NCBI GenBank assembly: GCA_024704765.1
Contig: JAKMXF010000332.1
Coordinates: 726,018 to 790,017 of the forward strand
From: Oopsacas minuta
Taxonomy: Eukaryota > Animalia > Porifera
Length of the DNA stretch: 64,000 bases
Reading direction: 5' to 3'
Shown here: piece by piece, positions 12,207-25,585 of the stretch
Position numbering within the stretch: position 1 is the stretch's first letter
How the letters are laid out: each line of letters opens with the position of its first letter
Made by a program: the position numbers and the translations under genes
Notes under the pieces: model-generated
Told to the model about the DNA's origin: nothing
What the model saw: the letters and a program-made list of their open reading frames with translations, nothing else
Databases searched by the model: none

Positions 12207-13631
12207 CAGTGATGGTTCCAGCACAAAATATCTGGGAGGCGCAATGCCCAGCGGCGAGACAGCAAGCCGAATCTGAGCTGGGGTTATTTAACTATCAATT
12301 AATCAACTAAGCATTTATTATTGTAAATTAATAGATAATTTATAATTATAGAGGCACCCTTCTTTCTGTCAGATTGAAGATAGACCCTCTGAAAGACGTA
12401 TGAGCCCCATTAATCTTTCAGCTGGAACAGTTCCTGAGCAATATCTTACACATAAACAAAGCTGCTCATAGCCGCTGACATCCTTAGCTTCGTCTAACAC
12501 TAATGTGTAGAACTTTGTTTGAGCAATCTCTCTTGCAATAATTTTCCTAATCTCGCGAGCCATGATTGAGATAAATTCTTCGTAGACCGTCTTACTGAGG
12601 TAATCTGTGTAAATTGAGTACTGCTCCATAATAGACTTCTTCTGGGCTAGGAATTCGGGATGCAGCTCGAATTCGATTTCAAGAAGTTCTCTGAAGTTTC
12701 CTCTATAGGCTGATCCGACATCGTGTTCCTCCTCACCTCGAAAAGCGACTTCCTGAAGATAAAACCACCTGATATAGCTGACAAGTTTACCGAAATAGAT
12801 TCTGTTTTGCTCAACCTGCATGAGACGATTAGGATTAAGTCTTTCCTGGATCTCGACAGGGTTAAACTTTTAGTTTTCCCATTTCATAATAGCTATAATG
12901 TGGGATTCACACCTAGCATGCTTGTCTAGCCCCTTGTTTTTGTCTCCAACTGCAACTTGCCAATTATGAAATCCCTTTTTTGTAAACCTGTCCTGTAACT
13001 TTGTGATGCTGAAGTGTATACATGGAAAACAAAATGCTTTGTCTTGCGATTCGCTGTTAGTGATCCAGGGGTGTTTACTATACCACGATGCCTGGAATCG
13101 GTTTGTTTTTCGTTTGTTACAATCAGATTTAGCAGGGAAGGGGGTTAGCGGTTGGGCAGGTCCATCTTTCTTACAACCAATGTCTTGAGGCAGAGACCAG
13201 TCGGTGTTTATATCTAGAAAATTTAGTACGTAAATTTAGCTGTGCGTTTGAAAACCTAAAACTTACCCTGTATCATCCCAGTAGAGCTGTTAATCTCAAG
13301 CACACTGTTATCTACTGTCTGTTGTTCAGTATGCATGTAGCATGGATATTCGTCTTCGCAACTATCTGGTCTGTTGTTGTCTCGTTTGGATTGAAAATAA
13401 TCCCGTGTAAGTTGGTTTTCACTTGTCGTTTCATATAAGTACTTAACAGGTTGACTTGCAAGATATTCAATATTAGGCTATTTAGTTAATAATTATATTC
13501 ATATAATTATGTTAAGTACAGTGCACATTCATTAATCATGGGCATTTATACATATATAATTAAATTTAGTTAATAAGCCAATATGGGGGGGTGCGCACCC
13601 CCCCCTGAACCCCCCGATGGATCCATCACTG
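12207..13631 (-). mobile_element. hAT transposon, internally deleted (TTF-type Zn finger plus DUF4371/ZMYM1-like region)
   Basis: TIR CAGTGATGG(T/A)TCCA at both ends; 8-bp TSD GTGATCAG at 12199-12206 and 13632-13639; RFQASWYSKHPWI..AFCFPC, FRGEEEH..GNFRELL and LVLDEAKDVSGYEQLCLCVRY. Confidence 0.9.
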
Positions 13632-13699
13632 GTGATCAGAAATTATTGACTATAATGTTGAACTAGTTGTATAATTTCTAAACTAATAATAGAGTTAAA

Positions 13700-14690
13700 T
13701 AAATCCAAATATTTCCATAAAGAAGCGCCTTCGCGTTCCCCCTCGTTCCTCCTAGAAGTTAACGTAAGCGTACGGCGTTCCCACCGTTTCCCCAATACAC
13801 CCCTGCCGACAAGGTCTTTCTTTAGTCTTGAGAACAACCATAAATCGCATGAGGCACGCTCAGGTGAGTAGAGTGAAGGTTCTTGCTCACTCACCTTCAT
13901 CCTTTCCTATACAGACTTCACGAGCCTAGTTTTGTAAGGCCTAACATTTTCATACATTAGCTTGAGTCCTCTTGTTCTTGTCTTAGGTTTCGCTCCCATT
14001 AGTGATTTTCTTCTTCTGATAGGCAGTAGTTCGCATAAAAATCTGCAATATTGTTGGTCCCTTTGACACTATAATCTGGGAAACTGGATCTTATGCATTG
14101 AAAAATTTGATCAAATAAGCTACTACCCCCTGAAGCCCGCACTTGGATTTAGTGAAGGACCATCTCCTTTCACTACCCAGAACTTTTTCCTTCGACAAGG
14201 ACTTGTCATACCTCATCCAGATTAATCGCTATTGAGTATTTCGTACAATGTCCCTGGACATGCGTGTTCATACTGTGGGAGGAGATTCTAGGGCACATTA
14301 CACGATTGTCTTTCTAAGCATCTGTCAGAGAATGCGAGATCATCTTGGAACAAATATTGCTAGTATTTACTCATTCTAAAGTACAGCTTGAGATACTCCC
14401 GTTGAAATCCCAATATACATTGCTATCTCTTCCACCGTTATATGAGGATCATCTTCCTCCAGCCACTCAACTTCAAGGACATTTTCGCTGGTGGAGACCG
14501 ATTTGGACTGCTGTCTCATCTTCCAAAGATTCTTGTCTCTTACGAAAACGCTTTGGCCAGTACTTTATGTTGGAAGATGAAGGACTGTCATCTATATAAA
14601 CAATCCTGAGTTCAGCTAGAATATCATGTGGCAAAGCCCAAGTATCGCATTTTTTATTATTTAGCCCTTTACCCAAGTTTAAAACCAGTT
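13700..14690 (-). mobile_element. Highly degenerate mariner transposase
   Basis: HDILAELRIVYIDDSPSSSNIKYWPKRFRKRQESLEDE (N-terminal HTH) and SLYSPERASCDLWLFSRLKK (degenerate YSPDLAPCD motif). Confidence 0.7.
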
Positions 14691-15337
14691 TCTATCATCA
14701 AGGAATATTACAAATATATTCAAAATTTTATGTATTTAATTGACCACAGCTGAATTAATAATTGACTTAGCGATATCTACTCAGTAGCGTTTGTTAGACA
14801 AGTATTATGGATAAGTAATATGGCAGTTTTGCTAAAGTGTGCTAACTTAGATTAGGGTCTCGGAATTAGGGCTTAAAAGCCTAAAAGTTATTGAACCTCC
14901 GTTGTACTAGCGCCTCTACTTGCTAGGTCGCTGCGCAACAGGCGGTCGTATACTCAGTACTTCGTTGCTCGAATTTAGTTAAGTATACATTGGCTACATT
15001 CTTAGTGATTTGGATCATAACCCAAGGGATATATTCGGAACTACTTGGCTCGAGTTCAGGAAATAGAGGAAAAATTTCGAATTTGTTATCCATTGGTCCA
15101 ACTAAAGGAACTAATAAAGCTTTCAGTAGTCACACTACAGCAGCTAAGCTATGAATCTCACCAATACGTGCTTCTATGATTATCAAATTATAAGAAAATG
15201 TCGAAATTCAAAAATTTTCATTTCGGATGAAGTACAAATTCAGCTGAGTTATTTGGTCAAAGTAATGACTTTGAGACAATTGACACATTGAAGGGTACCC
15301 GTGACTCAAATTTCAACAATCTAACATTTGTTATATA

Positions 15338-16692
15338 CAGTGCCGGTCAAAAAGAATTGCTCAAAATGAATGTATACAGTATAGTAAATGTCAAATTGTA
15401 TACACTGACCAGATAGTTGAATTCTTGCGAAACCATACTCAGCCATATGTATTTTGACAAGTAACACACCAACACAGCTAATCCATTCATTATATTTGCA
15501 CAACTTACAGTTTTTATTTTGTATTCTTTATTTTCCAATTTATCTGTTTTTATCGAATTTTCAATGCCTTCTAAACCCCTAATTTCCATTGAAAATCGAG
15601 CCAACCTGATCCTACTTTCAGAAAGTGGCCATACTCAGAGGGAGGTAGCTAAAATGGTTGGGTGTAGCCAAAAAAGTGTAGCTGATATCCTTAAGAAACA
15701 CAGGCTGACTGGCACGGTAAGAGACCTCGCTATTCCGGGTAGGCCTCGTGTCACAACCAAAAGGCAAGACAATTTATTGGTCAGAAAATGCAAAAAGGAT
15801 CGATTTAAGACTGCTACTCAGATCAAAGCTGAAGTGTTATCAGAATATTCGATAAAACTTTCCACTTCAACAGTTCAGAGAAGGTTACGAGGGGCTGGAC
15901 TGTTCGGACGAAAACCGCAAAGGAAGCCCCGCCTTACTACCAAGCACAAAAGAGACCGACTTTCCTTCGCAAGATCGCACAAGAATTGGAATACTGAAGA
16001 ATGGGCAAGAGTTGTGTTCAGTGACGAATCTAGGTTCCTTCTGTATACTAATGACGGGAGAGCCTACGTCAGGAGGATGAAAGGGGAGGAGTTCTCAGAG
16101 AGGTGTCTTCAAAAAACTTGCAAGTTTGGTGGAGGTGGCATCATGGTTTGGGGATGCTTTTGCTGGAGTGGCGTAGGACTCTTGTGGAAAGTATCTGGGA
16201 ACCTCAAGACAAATTCCTACATTGATATATTGGAAAATGCACTAATCCCAAGCGTTGATTTGCATTCTCTACATTCTGACTGGACCTTTCAGCAAGACAA
16301 CGCCCCATGCCATAAGTCAAAGGGTACTAAGCAATGGTTTGGTGAGCAAAAAATAGAGGTTATGAATTGGCCTGCTCAGTCACCTGATCTAAATCCGATT
16401 GAGAATCTCTGGGATCACATTTCCCTCAGAATTCAAGAGAAAAGCCCATCCAACCACTCAGAGTTGTGAAATGCCATATTAAGCACTTGGGATAGCATCG
16501 ACATTAACAGGCTCCATACTCTAATTGAGAGTATGCCGCAAAGATGTAAAGCTGTAATTCAAGCAAGAGGAGGTACTACTAAATACTAACAACAATTTAC
16601 TTGATTATAATAAAGCATTATTGTTAAAATCAGTCATAGATATAAGAATTTGGGGTAAATTTATTCTGAGCAATTCTTTTTGACCGGCACTG
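15338..16692 (+). mobile_element. Tc1 (DD34E) transposon, nearly intact
   Basis: TA-flanked TIRs CAGTGCCGGTCAAAAAGAATTGCTCA, identical at both ends. Confidence 0.95.
15564..16589 (+). pseudogene. Tc1 transposase with one premature stop (TGA at 16467-16469)
   Basis: VFSDESRF / FQQDNAPCH / SPDLNPIENLW, with 34 residues between the second D and the E; the frame continues past the TGA to ...IQARGGTTKY*. Confidence 0.92.
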
Positions 16693-16942
16693 TATATTTA
16701 TATTTAAATTGGCTGGGCAGTGGGGGATAATGTGATTTTGAAATACCAAAGGTGACAGGTATGTCATAATATCGTAATAGATGTGAGTTTAGGGAATTTG
16801 AATATCTTTCAGTTAATCCAAAACGAATACACTAATCCGTTATTATGAGGGGTAAAATTTCTATCGGCCATCCATTTCATACCAAAATCCAACAATTCAT
16901 AAAGTAATTTCACTGATAGATATTTGTAGAAGTTGACAACTA

Positions 16943-17055
16943 CAGGGTGATTTTCTAAAGGTGTAACTTTACAATTTTTGTATTATATCTAGATTTTTTG
17001 TAATTCAATTGTTTCCTTTTGAGAGAATGATCCTTTTTCACATACATTTTCTATA
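16943..17055 (+). mobile_element. Orphaned 5' TIR and leader of the DD41D element whose body lies at 24342-25585
   Basis: TA|CAGGGTGATTTTCTAAAGGTGTAACTTT matches TA|CAGGGTGATTTTTTGAAAGTGTAACTTT at 24342 in direct orientation. Confidence 0.75.
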
Positions 17056-18264
17056 CGAGGGTCAGTCCAAAAGTTTTGTCGTACAAATGTTCTATTTTGT
17101 CTTCAATCAAATAAATACAACACTATACAGTCATGAGACAAAAGTATTCGACCACACAAATATATTGTCATAAATTGTATACTCTTTCCCGCTCCTATAT
17201 ATTGTGTAGTCTATATTCGTAGCTGCAATCTAGTAATTTGCATAGAATAACATGTTTTTCAAGAATTTCAAAAAATATTTTCGATTTACACTTTTTGAAG
17301 GTGTTAATTATTAATAATTATTAGATTTTTATTGATAATCAAAATATGTGGTAATTCAAATCTTATTAAGAATCTATAATTTCTGACTTGATATTTGAAT
17401 TCTACTTAGGCGAGTTACCCCAGATAGAAATTTCCAATGGGATTAAACAATTTTACCAAAGTTAAAGAAGAATTTCAATTTGTGCCACTACAAGGAAATA
17501 AACTAGGGTTATGAGGAATAAATCAAAGTAATATTTTCGAATGATATGACTATGCTAACCCTTGAATTCTAAAATAACCTCTTGGTAGCGGCCACTTGTG
17601 CCACCTTGGGCAAAAGTTGGCACAAATTGAACAAATTGAAATTCTTCTATAACTTTGGTAAAAATTGATCAATCCCATTGGAAATTTCTATCTGGGGTAC
17701 CTCGCCTACATAGAATTCAAATATCAAGTCAGAAATTATAGATTCTTAATAAGATTTGAATTACCACATATTTTGATTATCAATAAAAATCTAATAATTA
17801 TTAATAATTAACACCTTCAAAAAGTGTAAATCGAAAATATTTTTTGAATTTCTTGAAAAACATGTTATTCTATGCAAATTACTAGATTGCAGCTACGAAT
17901 ATAGACTACACAATATATAGGAGCGGGAAAGAGTATACAATTTATGACAATATATTTGTGTGGTCGAATACTTTTGTCCCTTGACTGTATACTTAGATAT
18001 ATATAATGGCTCTGCTATTAATTTGAGCCATATTCAACACTTATTTCCTGAGTAACGCTATTTTATCCATAAGCCTATACACAGATTCTATTATTACTGA
18101 ATGGAACTGGAAAAAAGGGATTTTAGAGCCATGATGTTTTATGACTTTATGCGTAAGATATCAGTGGAGCAGAGTCATGATAACTTGGTGGAAGCTTTCC
18201 AAGATCAAGCTCCATCTAAGCGTACAGTGGAGCGTTGGTTCTAGATTTCAGGAGGGGTAGTGTC
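17056..18264 (+). mobile_element. mariner 5' half (TIR and HTH), containing a palindromic MITE; cut at the left inversion breakpoint
   Basis: TA|CGAGGGTCAGTCCAAAAGTTTTGTCGTAC; MELEKRDFRAMMFYDF...APSKRTVERWF-DFRRGS stops abruptly at about 18264. Confidence 0.88.
17128..17987. mobile_element. 860-bp Tc1-type foldback MITE with about 360 bp near-perfect TIRs
   Basis: TA|CAGTCATGAGACAAAAGTATTCGACCACAC ... GTGTGGTCGAATACTTTTGTCCCTTGACTG|TA; arms pair with few mismatches inward to about 17487/17625. Confidence 0.93.
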
Positions 18265-19976
18265 ACAACAGTTTCTTCATAAATTGGTGATTTCTTAGTC
18301 CCTAAAAAGTTTTCATCTAAAGATTTGAATGAACTCCATGCTGCTTTCTCGACAGAATTTAGACATGCTTCGAAGCTTAGATCCTTGAATAGTTCTCTAA
18401 TTTGGGGTCCTATAAATACCTCTTCCTTGATTTTAGCATCGTTGACCTTTGGAAATTTGTCCTTGAGGTATTTGAAGCCTTCTCCTTCTTTATTATATTT
18501 TACTATTGCCTTTACGAAGTTTTTCATCAAACCCAGTTTTATGTGTAGAGATGGTAACAGAATTTTCTCCGGATTTACTAAGGACTGACAACTTACTCTT
18601 TATACCAGCAGTTAATTGATGCCTTAGAGGCCACTCCTTAACTATATATTGGGATTGCCTTGCTCTACTATCCCACTCACACAGAAGCAACAATATTTCG
18701 TGTATCCAGGTTGCATACCCAACAAAAGTCCAATTACCTTCAGATCACCACAGATGTGTCAATTGTAAGAGTCATGTCTGATCAGTTCAATAAGATATCC
18801 ATATTCTCATGAGACTCCTTCATGTGTACTGAATGACCTATCTGTATGGATCGTAATACATTACCTTTGTGAAGTAAGAATGCCTTGAGGCTGTACTTAG
18901 AAGAATCAATGAAGAGAAGTCACTCTAATGGTTCGTGTTGAACACCTAATAACTCCGTCACACGACCCACATTGTTACAATAACAAAGAGACCCCTGTAT
19001 TTCAAAATGTACAGAGAAATCACTTTGGTGGGTTCTGAAAATGAAACTTTATTTCCTCATCCAATAAGTTCCAACCTTTCAATCTTGACCGAAGCAATTC
19101 ACTTTGATCTTTTGTCAAATTCAAGTATCTAACCAAATCATTCAGCTCACTTTGATTAATGATGTGGGGAAGTCTTTTTTTATCAGGTGGCATAGGCGGA
19201 GGTATAATTTCCTCATCATCTTGATCTAACATAGCATATTTTACAGTATCGTCATCAAAGGAAACTTTCTTAGGCTTAGGTACTTCCAATCTGTAGAATG
19301 CTCAACAGGACGAATCGCAGATTGAAGATTGGGATAACATATATTCTTTTTGGTCTTAGAAGTGATTCCTATTATATCAGTCAAACAGAAATAACAATCA
19401 GTATAATGATCTCTTGGTTCCCCCCATATCATGGGAGCAGCAAATTGCATTGAAGTACGTGAGCCATTTAGCCATCTACTAAGTTCTATTGCCCATTTTA
19501 AGCAACAAAAATGTGGTGCCCAAGGCTTATGTGATCACCAATCTTGCAACTGAAATATTGCTCATATCCCTTGTTGTGTACTAGGGGAGACATGTCTCTT
19601 AGCTGAAATTTTGTAGTAAATTCTCTAGAAATATAACAGAAAGAATCGGTTGGGCTTGAACATCGACGAGACATTATTGAAAGAAAGAAATACAAATACA
19701 ATCAGATAATCTCCTCTTGAAAGAGCAAATAATATTCTATTTATTTTTAAGAAAATTTGAAATGTTAGACAATATATACGGAAGGTGTTAATTCATATAC
19801 AATTATACACTTTATAGAGGTCTATGGAAATATGATTTTGGAAATTTCCGAATTTTACAGAATCTCTGCATGATAGAGAAAAACTGATTGGATATTTGGA
19901 ATCAGGGTACTGGAATACATAAGAAACACTACCCTGTATCCCAGAAACAAAAATGATGAAAATTTGTTGGACAGTG
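18265..19976 (-). mobile_element. Chapaev3-like (CMC superfamily) transposon, 5' part
   Basis: CACTG terminus at 19976 with TTA flank; MSRRCSSPTDSFCYI, PMIWGEPRDHYTDCYFC, INQSELNDLVRYLNLTKDQSELLRSRLKGWNLL, FVKA...FIGPQIREL...FLGTKKSPIYEETV. Confidence 0.8.
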
Positions 19977-21752
19977 TAATCGATAAAGATTCTCAAATCT
20001 CCACTCTTTTTCGTTACAAATACAGCAGGAGAACAATATAGACTGCTCGATTCTGTTATGATACCTCTCTCCAACATTTCAGAAATTTGCTTCCTTATCT
20101 CGGCCCTATAATTCTGAGGAATGGGTCAAGCAGGTAATTTACGGGCAACCTATCGGTGACAGGAATTCTGTGAGTAGTGATTTGTGTAGTTCCTGGAATG
20201 GATGAAAATAACTCCTTACAGTGGGACAATATGTCACTGTAATCTTCGAATAGGGGGTATCTCATAAGTTGCCATCTTGATATACATCGGAACCATGCAA
20301 CCCTCCTTTAGTTCATCGTCATCTGTAGTTGAATAGACAATTATAGTGCCCTGATCCTCTTCCGTAGAAACATATACGTATTCTCTATCCCTCTCACATG
20401 CTCCGAGCATCTTGGCTTTGCTCAGTTGGTGACTCTGTATGCAGTCCTTGTTGAAGTCCAATTCCAATTTATTTTCCATTATAAAATCTACTCCCAATAA
20501 TAAGTCACAAATTATAGTTGGAGTTATGAAAAGATCTTGATAGACCTCCAGTAATCCCATGGTTACTTGAAGCTGACTCTTCCTTGAACAGGCAAATTTC
20601 CATTTGTTGTGACAAGACTAGGAAATGTTTTGTTAGTAGAATTGCCACTTCTTGCTAACAATGCTAGATTCTTCGTTATCAAACTGATGATCCAGAATCT
20701 AGCATAAGGGTAGTAATGATTGAGTTGACTTTACCAGAAACCAGAACCGTTTTCGTAGCCACTTTTCTCGAGCCACTGATGAAACTTCTTCCCTTGTGTA
20801 TCTTTCTTGAGCCAAATGTATTGATTGCGTATCGGAATGGCGGCTTAACATTTCGATCCTTTCATGTTTAAAGGAATGTGTGGGCAATCTTTGACTAGAT
20901 GAGGAGAACTACAGCAAGTTAAGCATGTAGCATATGATCTAGCATCTTACACCACCCTTGTTCTACTGTTGCGTGCGATACAACCCTTTCTTCCACATTT
21001 GAAACATACGATTGATTTCCTGTTATTTGATTCGGTTACAGCTGCTGTAGACATTGGCCCTGTAACTGTAGACGACCCTTCGGCCTTTAGAGTTTCTAAT
21101 TGATGGGGTAGTTCTGAAATAGATTGATCCAAATTGGCAATCGTGTCTCAGGACTCTGAATTTCTAATGCTTCTTGGATTAGCCTGTCCTTCCTGAATTT
21201 TTGATTCTTTAATCGCTGAGCCTATAATTTCAGATTGTTTCTCTCGTAAGTCATTAATACTTTCGCTTTTCCAACTGCATCTTTGAGAGTCTTTATCGAG
21301 GTGTTCAACTCAATTTCTCTGGACATTTGTGGCGGCAATCCCATGATAAATCGATGGAATAAGAGTTGTTCTTTGGCTTCTGCTGCTAAATCAGGGAGTG
21401 CCCGATTATTCAATTTTTTCAATTCATAAGCCTATAGTTATACTGACTCTCTGGGAAATAAAAATCTCTTGGTAAACGAGTCCATTACAATGAATTTCTC
21501 TTCTTCTGTCACTAGAGCTTTTGAAAAGCAGCAGTGACTAATCCGTAATCTTTTCCATCATCCATTGGAACGTCCTTATACGCAATTAATTTTTCACCTT
21601 TAAGTCTGGTTGCCAATTTGAGTGACCTTTGTTCCCGTGTCTATCCATTAGCCATTGAACATATTTCGAAGTGTTCTAACCATTCGTTAAATCTCCTGCT
21701 CAAAGATGCTGGGCATTGCTAACTGATTTTCTGCCATTTCGAAATATCGACT

Positions 21753-21763
21753 CTCTGCTACCA
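21753..21763 (-). promoter_or_regulatory. Primer binding site TGGTAGCAGAG, complementary to the 3' end of initiator tRNA-Met
   Basis: Lies 1 nt after the LTR-terminal CA and just upstream of the gag ATG at 21737. Confidence 0.8.
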
Positions 21764-21764
21764 A

Positions 21765-21927
21765 TGTTATGTACCCAAGTTACTGAAGTTAATCAATTAC
21801 AATAATTTATACATATAACATTAAAAGCTCATGACAAATAACTACATGAATATGTCTAGTTATTACTCCATAATTTCCAATAGAGAATAACTTATCTCAG
21901 TTAATTTATTCAATCGACTCTGTTACA
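21765..21927 (-). repeat. Putative Gypsy 5' LTR (about 163 bp, TGT...ACA)
   Basis: Begins TGTAAC and ends ATAACA immediately before the PBS. No second LTR was found, so the outer boundary is inferred. Confidence 0.6.
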
Positions 21928-24341
21928 CAATGATAGAATGAAATTAGTATTCAGCAACACTTTAACAATATTAGGCGGAATTATAAATGGGGGACTGTAA
22001 TTGAGCATATTATGTTTGGTACATTAGCTCACATTAATGTAAGTTATGTAAATGCATCTGATATAGATCCATCTAAGTAGGTGATAGCTGATGTTTATAA
22101 TTAGAATAAAGTGGGTATACAAAATGATGCGATCTTTGAAAGCAAATCACTGACCGTATACTTTTCTGGAACATCTCGTAATCTTTACCGTGCTGTGTAC
22201 CCTAGTTTATTTAATTCACTTCAAACTACAAGATTGATAACTCTCTTAGCCCTTGTTTCATTTATAATGGGTTCAAATAATTATTATATATTGCATTAAT
22301 TAGTTGTTATTTCACTTTGTTTCTGGATAAGATTCGACGAATGACCTATGATTAAGTGTGCGAGTATTTGGCTCCTAGAGGTGTACTTTAGGCATTGACC
22401 ATATCTCATGATAAGTGTGCCGGCATTTGGCTTCTCTTCGGTGGAGTGTGCTGTATTTGCATTTGGCTTATTTTGAAATATGATTAGTTCGTGATTCTCT
22501 GGACCATTATTAGTAACTAGGTTTGATGCAATTATATACAGTATTGATGATAATGACTTATACGAATATAATTATGATGACTTGGGCCCATTAATAATAA
22601 AATTAAGATTTTTATGGACTCTAGATAAGGTGTAATATCTGGCCTAATTTTTTAGTATCTATATATTACACCTAATAAATCTATATTTCCTATTTAGGCA
22701 ATTCATAAATGTAATGAGGTGGGTCCAAAGCGCACCCATTGATTTTTATCAACAATCCTGAGGGCAGAAATTACCTTAAGTTAGAATTGTACTAAATATC
22801 AAGAATTTTTTATATAATAAGTTAGAATGTGATGAAGAACAGATATTGATATTACTATTGTAATTATTAAGAACTTTAGTTAACTGAAGTTAGAGACTCA
22901 GATAGTCAAATTTGAGGAGGGCATATAAATCTAATGCAACTGACGTATGGGTGGCTGAAGGAACTGTTTCAGGCAAATAATTTTGACTTGAAGGAGGGAG
23001 AGCTGAACGAACTAATGAAATTGTAGGGACGACTAGGGGAACTGGAGCTAAGGGGGTCGCAACAGAAGCAACTTCATTGTCGCCAAATAACTATTGGAAA
23101 CAAATTGAACATTATTTGGAGTGGATAATCAGTGTAAATTGTAAATATATTATTCGATGGATTTAAATCCGAGCGAAGCGAAGAAAACATAAAAAATTAC
23201 AACTTGTGCCAACAGCTTGGTCCATTAAAATCAATTTGTTTAATATGGGCACTATGTGTAATGAGATTATAACTAACCTCTCATTGTGCCTCCAATTAAT
23301 AGTGCCACTTTGAAAACAAATATCCTTTAATAGACTGAAATGTTGGCGCAGGTTGAATTATTAGATATTGTCTACTGTGCTGACTATACTTTAGTATAGT
23401 GGCCCAGTATTGAAATGGTTGCCTATATTTTCATTTTTTCTCCGTGATAGCCCTGCGTCCAAAACTGGATAGAATTAAAGTGATATATGGTGTGAGAATT
23501 ATTGAAGTTATTCGTCGGATGTGGTTCTCCCCTTTGCTAATCGATCGGAAATCAAGTGCGACTATTTCACATTGGTCGAACTTTTGTCTGGCCTCTAGCA
23601 AAAATTTTGAAAGGAAAGGTGCCAAAATTTTCTCACCTATCGAAAGTGAAAAAATCTACAACTTCATACTCTTCTAGAATAATATATTGGTTATTTGTTT
23701 TTGCTCAAAGTAAATGAAAATTATTCATTATATAGCACTTTGTCATCGGTAATATTTCTATTGTTCTTAGATGTTTAATATTTATTAGTTAAACAATAGG
23801 TATTTTAGGTCTGTATATAATCTGGATTCATTGAATATCTACATTTAACGGTAGCCTGAATTACATATATAATATTTTTCAAAGTAATGATGAATAATTT
23901 ACAATGTATGTATTTCTCCGAATATATAACCCTTGAATAATCATAGAAGATTGTACCAAACAGCAAAAGGGCGTATTTCAAACCCTGATTAAATAATGAG
24001 ATCTGTGCCATGGAAAGGGATACAAGCTAAAATCAATGGATAATGAAGTCAATAAGATTATAGAAATTAAAAAATCAAAATTTTGATATCATTATAGCAA
24101 ACTGAATTTGAATACTAGATCCACAATGACACTGTTTAGAACTTACCCACAATATCAGCCTGACAATAAATTAGGGTGTCAGAGCCATATTGTAAAAGGA
24201 GGATTGGAGGCAGGGCCGGATTTAAGTAGTTCGGGCTCTAGGCTATTGCTGGGCCTATTCAAAACACTATTCTTTAATATTAGAAAATATGTTAACAGTT
24301 TACTTGGTAGGTGGTCGATCTTTAATCTTTATTACTACATA

Positions 24342-25585
24342 CAGGGTGATTTTTTGAAAGTGTAACTTTTAAACTTTTCTGAACGTGAATTATCTCACAA
24401 ATTTGAAGCTCTCAACCTACTCTACTATCCTTCCTAAGATATGTAAATTTAATAATTAACCTGAACCATAATTAACTAATCAAGTTGATGTTCAAAGTGA
24501 CTACCTCCATACTTCACACAAGTTACCGCTCTTTTCATAAATTTTCCACAACTTTATGCAACATCTTTAAGTCCATATTACTTGCTGTATCTTCAATTAC
24601 TTGTCTTAATTCGTCTATACTCTTGGGTTGCTTTTCAAACACCTTTTGTTTGCATAGCCCCAGAAAAAGTAGTCGAGAGGGTTTAAATCAGGTAAATATG
24701 GTGGCCAAATTCTATCGGTTAAATTTGATAGAATTCCTCCATGAAACTTTTCTCGCAGAAAATCCAAAACTGTTTTGCATGTATGTGGTCTAACACCATC
24801 TTGTTGAAACCACAATCCCTTATGTGTCGAAATATACGGAATTTGAGGCTAAAGCACTTCCTTGAGCATTTTGAAGTAAGACTCCCCATTCACAGAAACT
24901 GTTTTTCCCTTTAGATCGATAAACCAATGGACTTTGAGCATTTTTCCATCCACAAAGCCTGCCCAACACATAATTTTCTCCCCATGAAGCCTCCTAGATG
25001 CCACAGAAATATTGGGATTGATCGGAGCCCAAATCCTGTCGTTTGTTGATTAGAAGATTGCTGGAGTACGAACTATTACTCGTCACTGAATATTAATTTT
25101 GGAAAAATTCTGGAGATTGTTGGATCACCCACGAACAAAATTCCATTCTTTCAGCATGCTCTGTTCAGTTATATGGTGAACTCTTTGAGCACGATAAGGC
25201 CTCCATTTTAATGTTCTTTCAAGATTATTGTGAACTTTGGAATAGCTGAACTCTAGTTTCCGGCTCGCATTACGAATTAATCCTTGGTTTTTCTTCAATG
25301 TGAATTCTAACCTGATTGACATGTTCAGGGGAAGAATCCTACCACCTTTCTTCTTAGGTGACTTGAGAAAATTTGTATACACTCTAGCGAAATGAATGAG
25401 TCTGTACTTTAGGCGATTTCGTCCTTTGATAGCAAAACGTTGACAAAATTTCCTTTTTACTACTGTTGGAGACGGATTTTGTCCGAATTCTAAAATGATA
25501 AATTTTAGTTTTTGCTTTGTAAAGGTTGAGTTAATTTGTCTTTTTCTCATCTGGATCACAATGAATATCAAAAATCTATTTTATA
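24342..25585 (-). mobile_element. DD41D (rosa/Visitor) Tc1/mariner element, coding body and 3' TIR
   Basis: WFQQDGVRPHT...WPPYLPDLNPLDYFFWG has 41 residues between the D's; TA-flanked TIR at 24342. Confidence 0.88.

Larger units (their letters stand above)
19977..21927 (-). mobile_element. Gypsy LTR retrotransposon 5' half: LTR, PBS, gag, protease, start of RT
   Basis: Gag knuckle CFKCGRKGCIARNS; protease MLDSGSSV; RT ESSSLYCSPAVFVTKKSGDLRIFIDY ending at the Chapaev insertion. Confidence 0.88.

Noticed and set aside
16467-16469. Programmed readthrough or selenocysteine at the Tc1 TGA
   Set aside because: The position is a conserved Trp; a simple TGG-to-TGA mutation explains it and no SECIS-like element was seen.
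22300-23080. Short direct repeats (agccaaat...gcacact) and a Pro/Ser/Thr-rich frame suggesting LINE ORF1
   Set aside because: No intact CCHC knuckle could be recovered.
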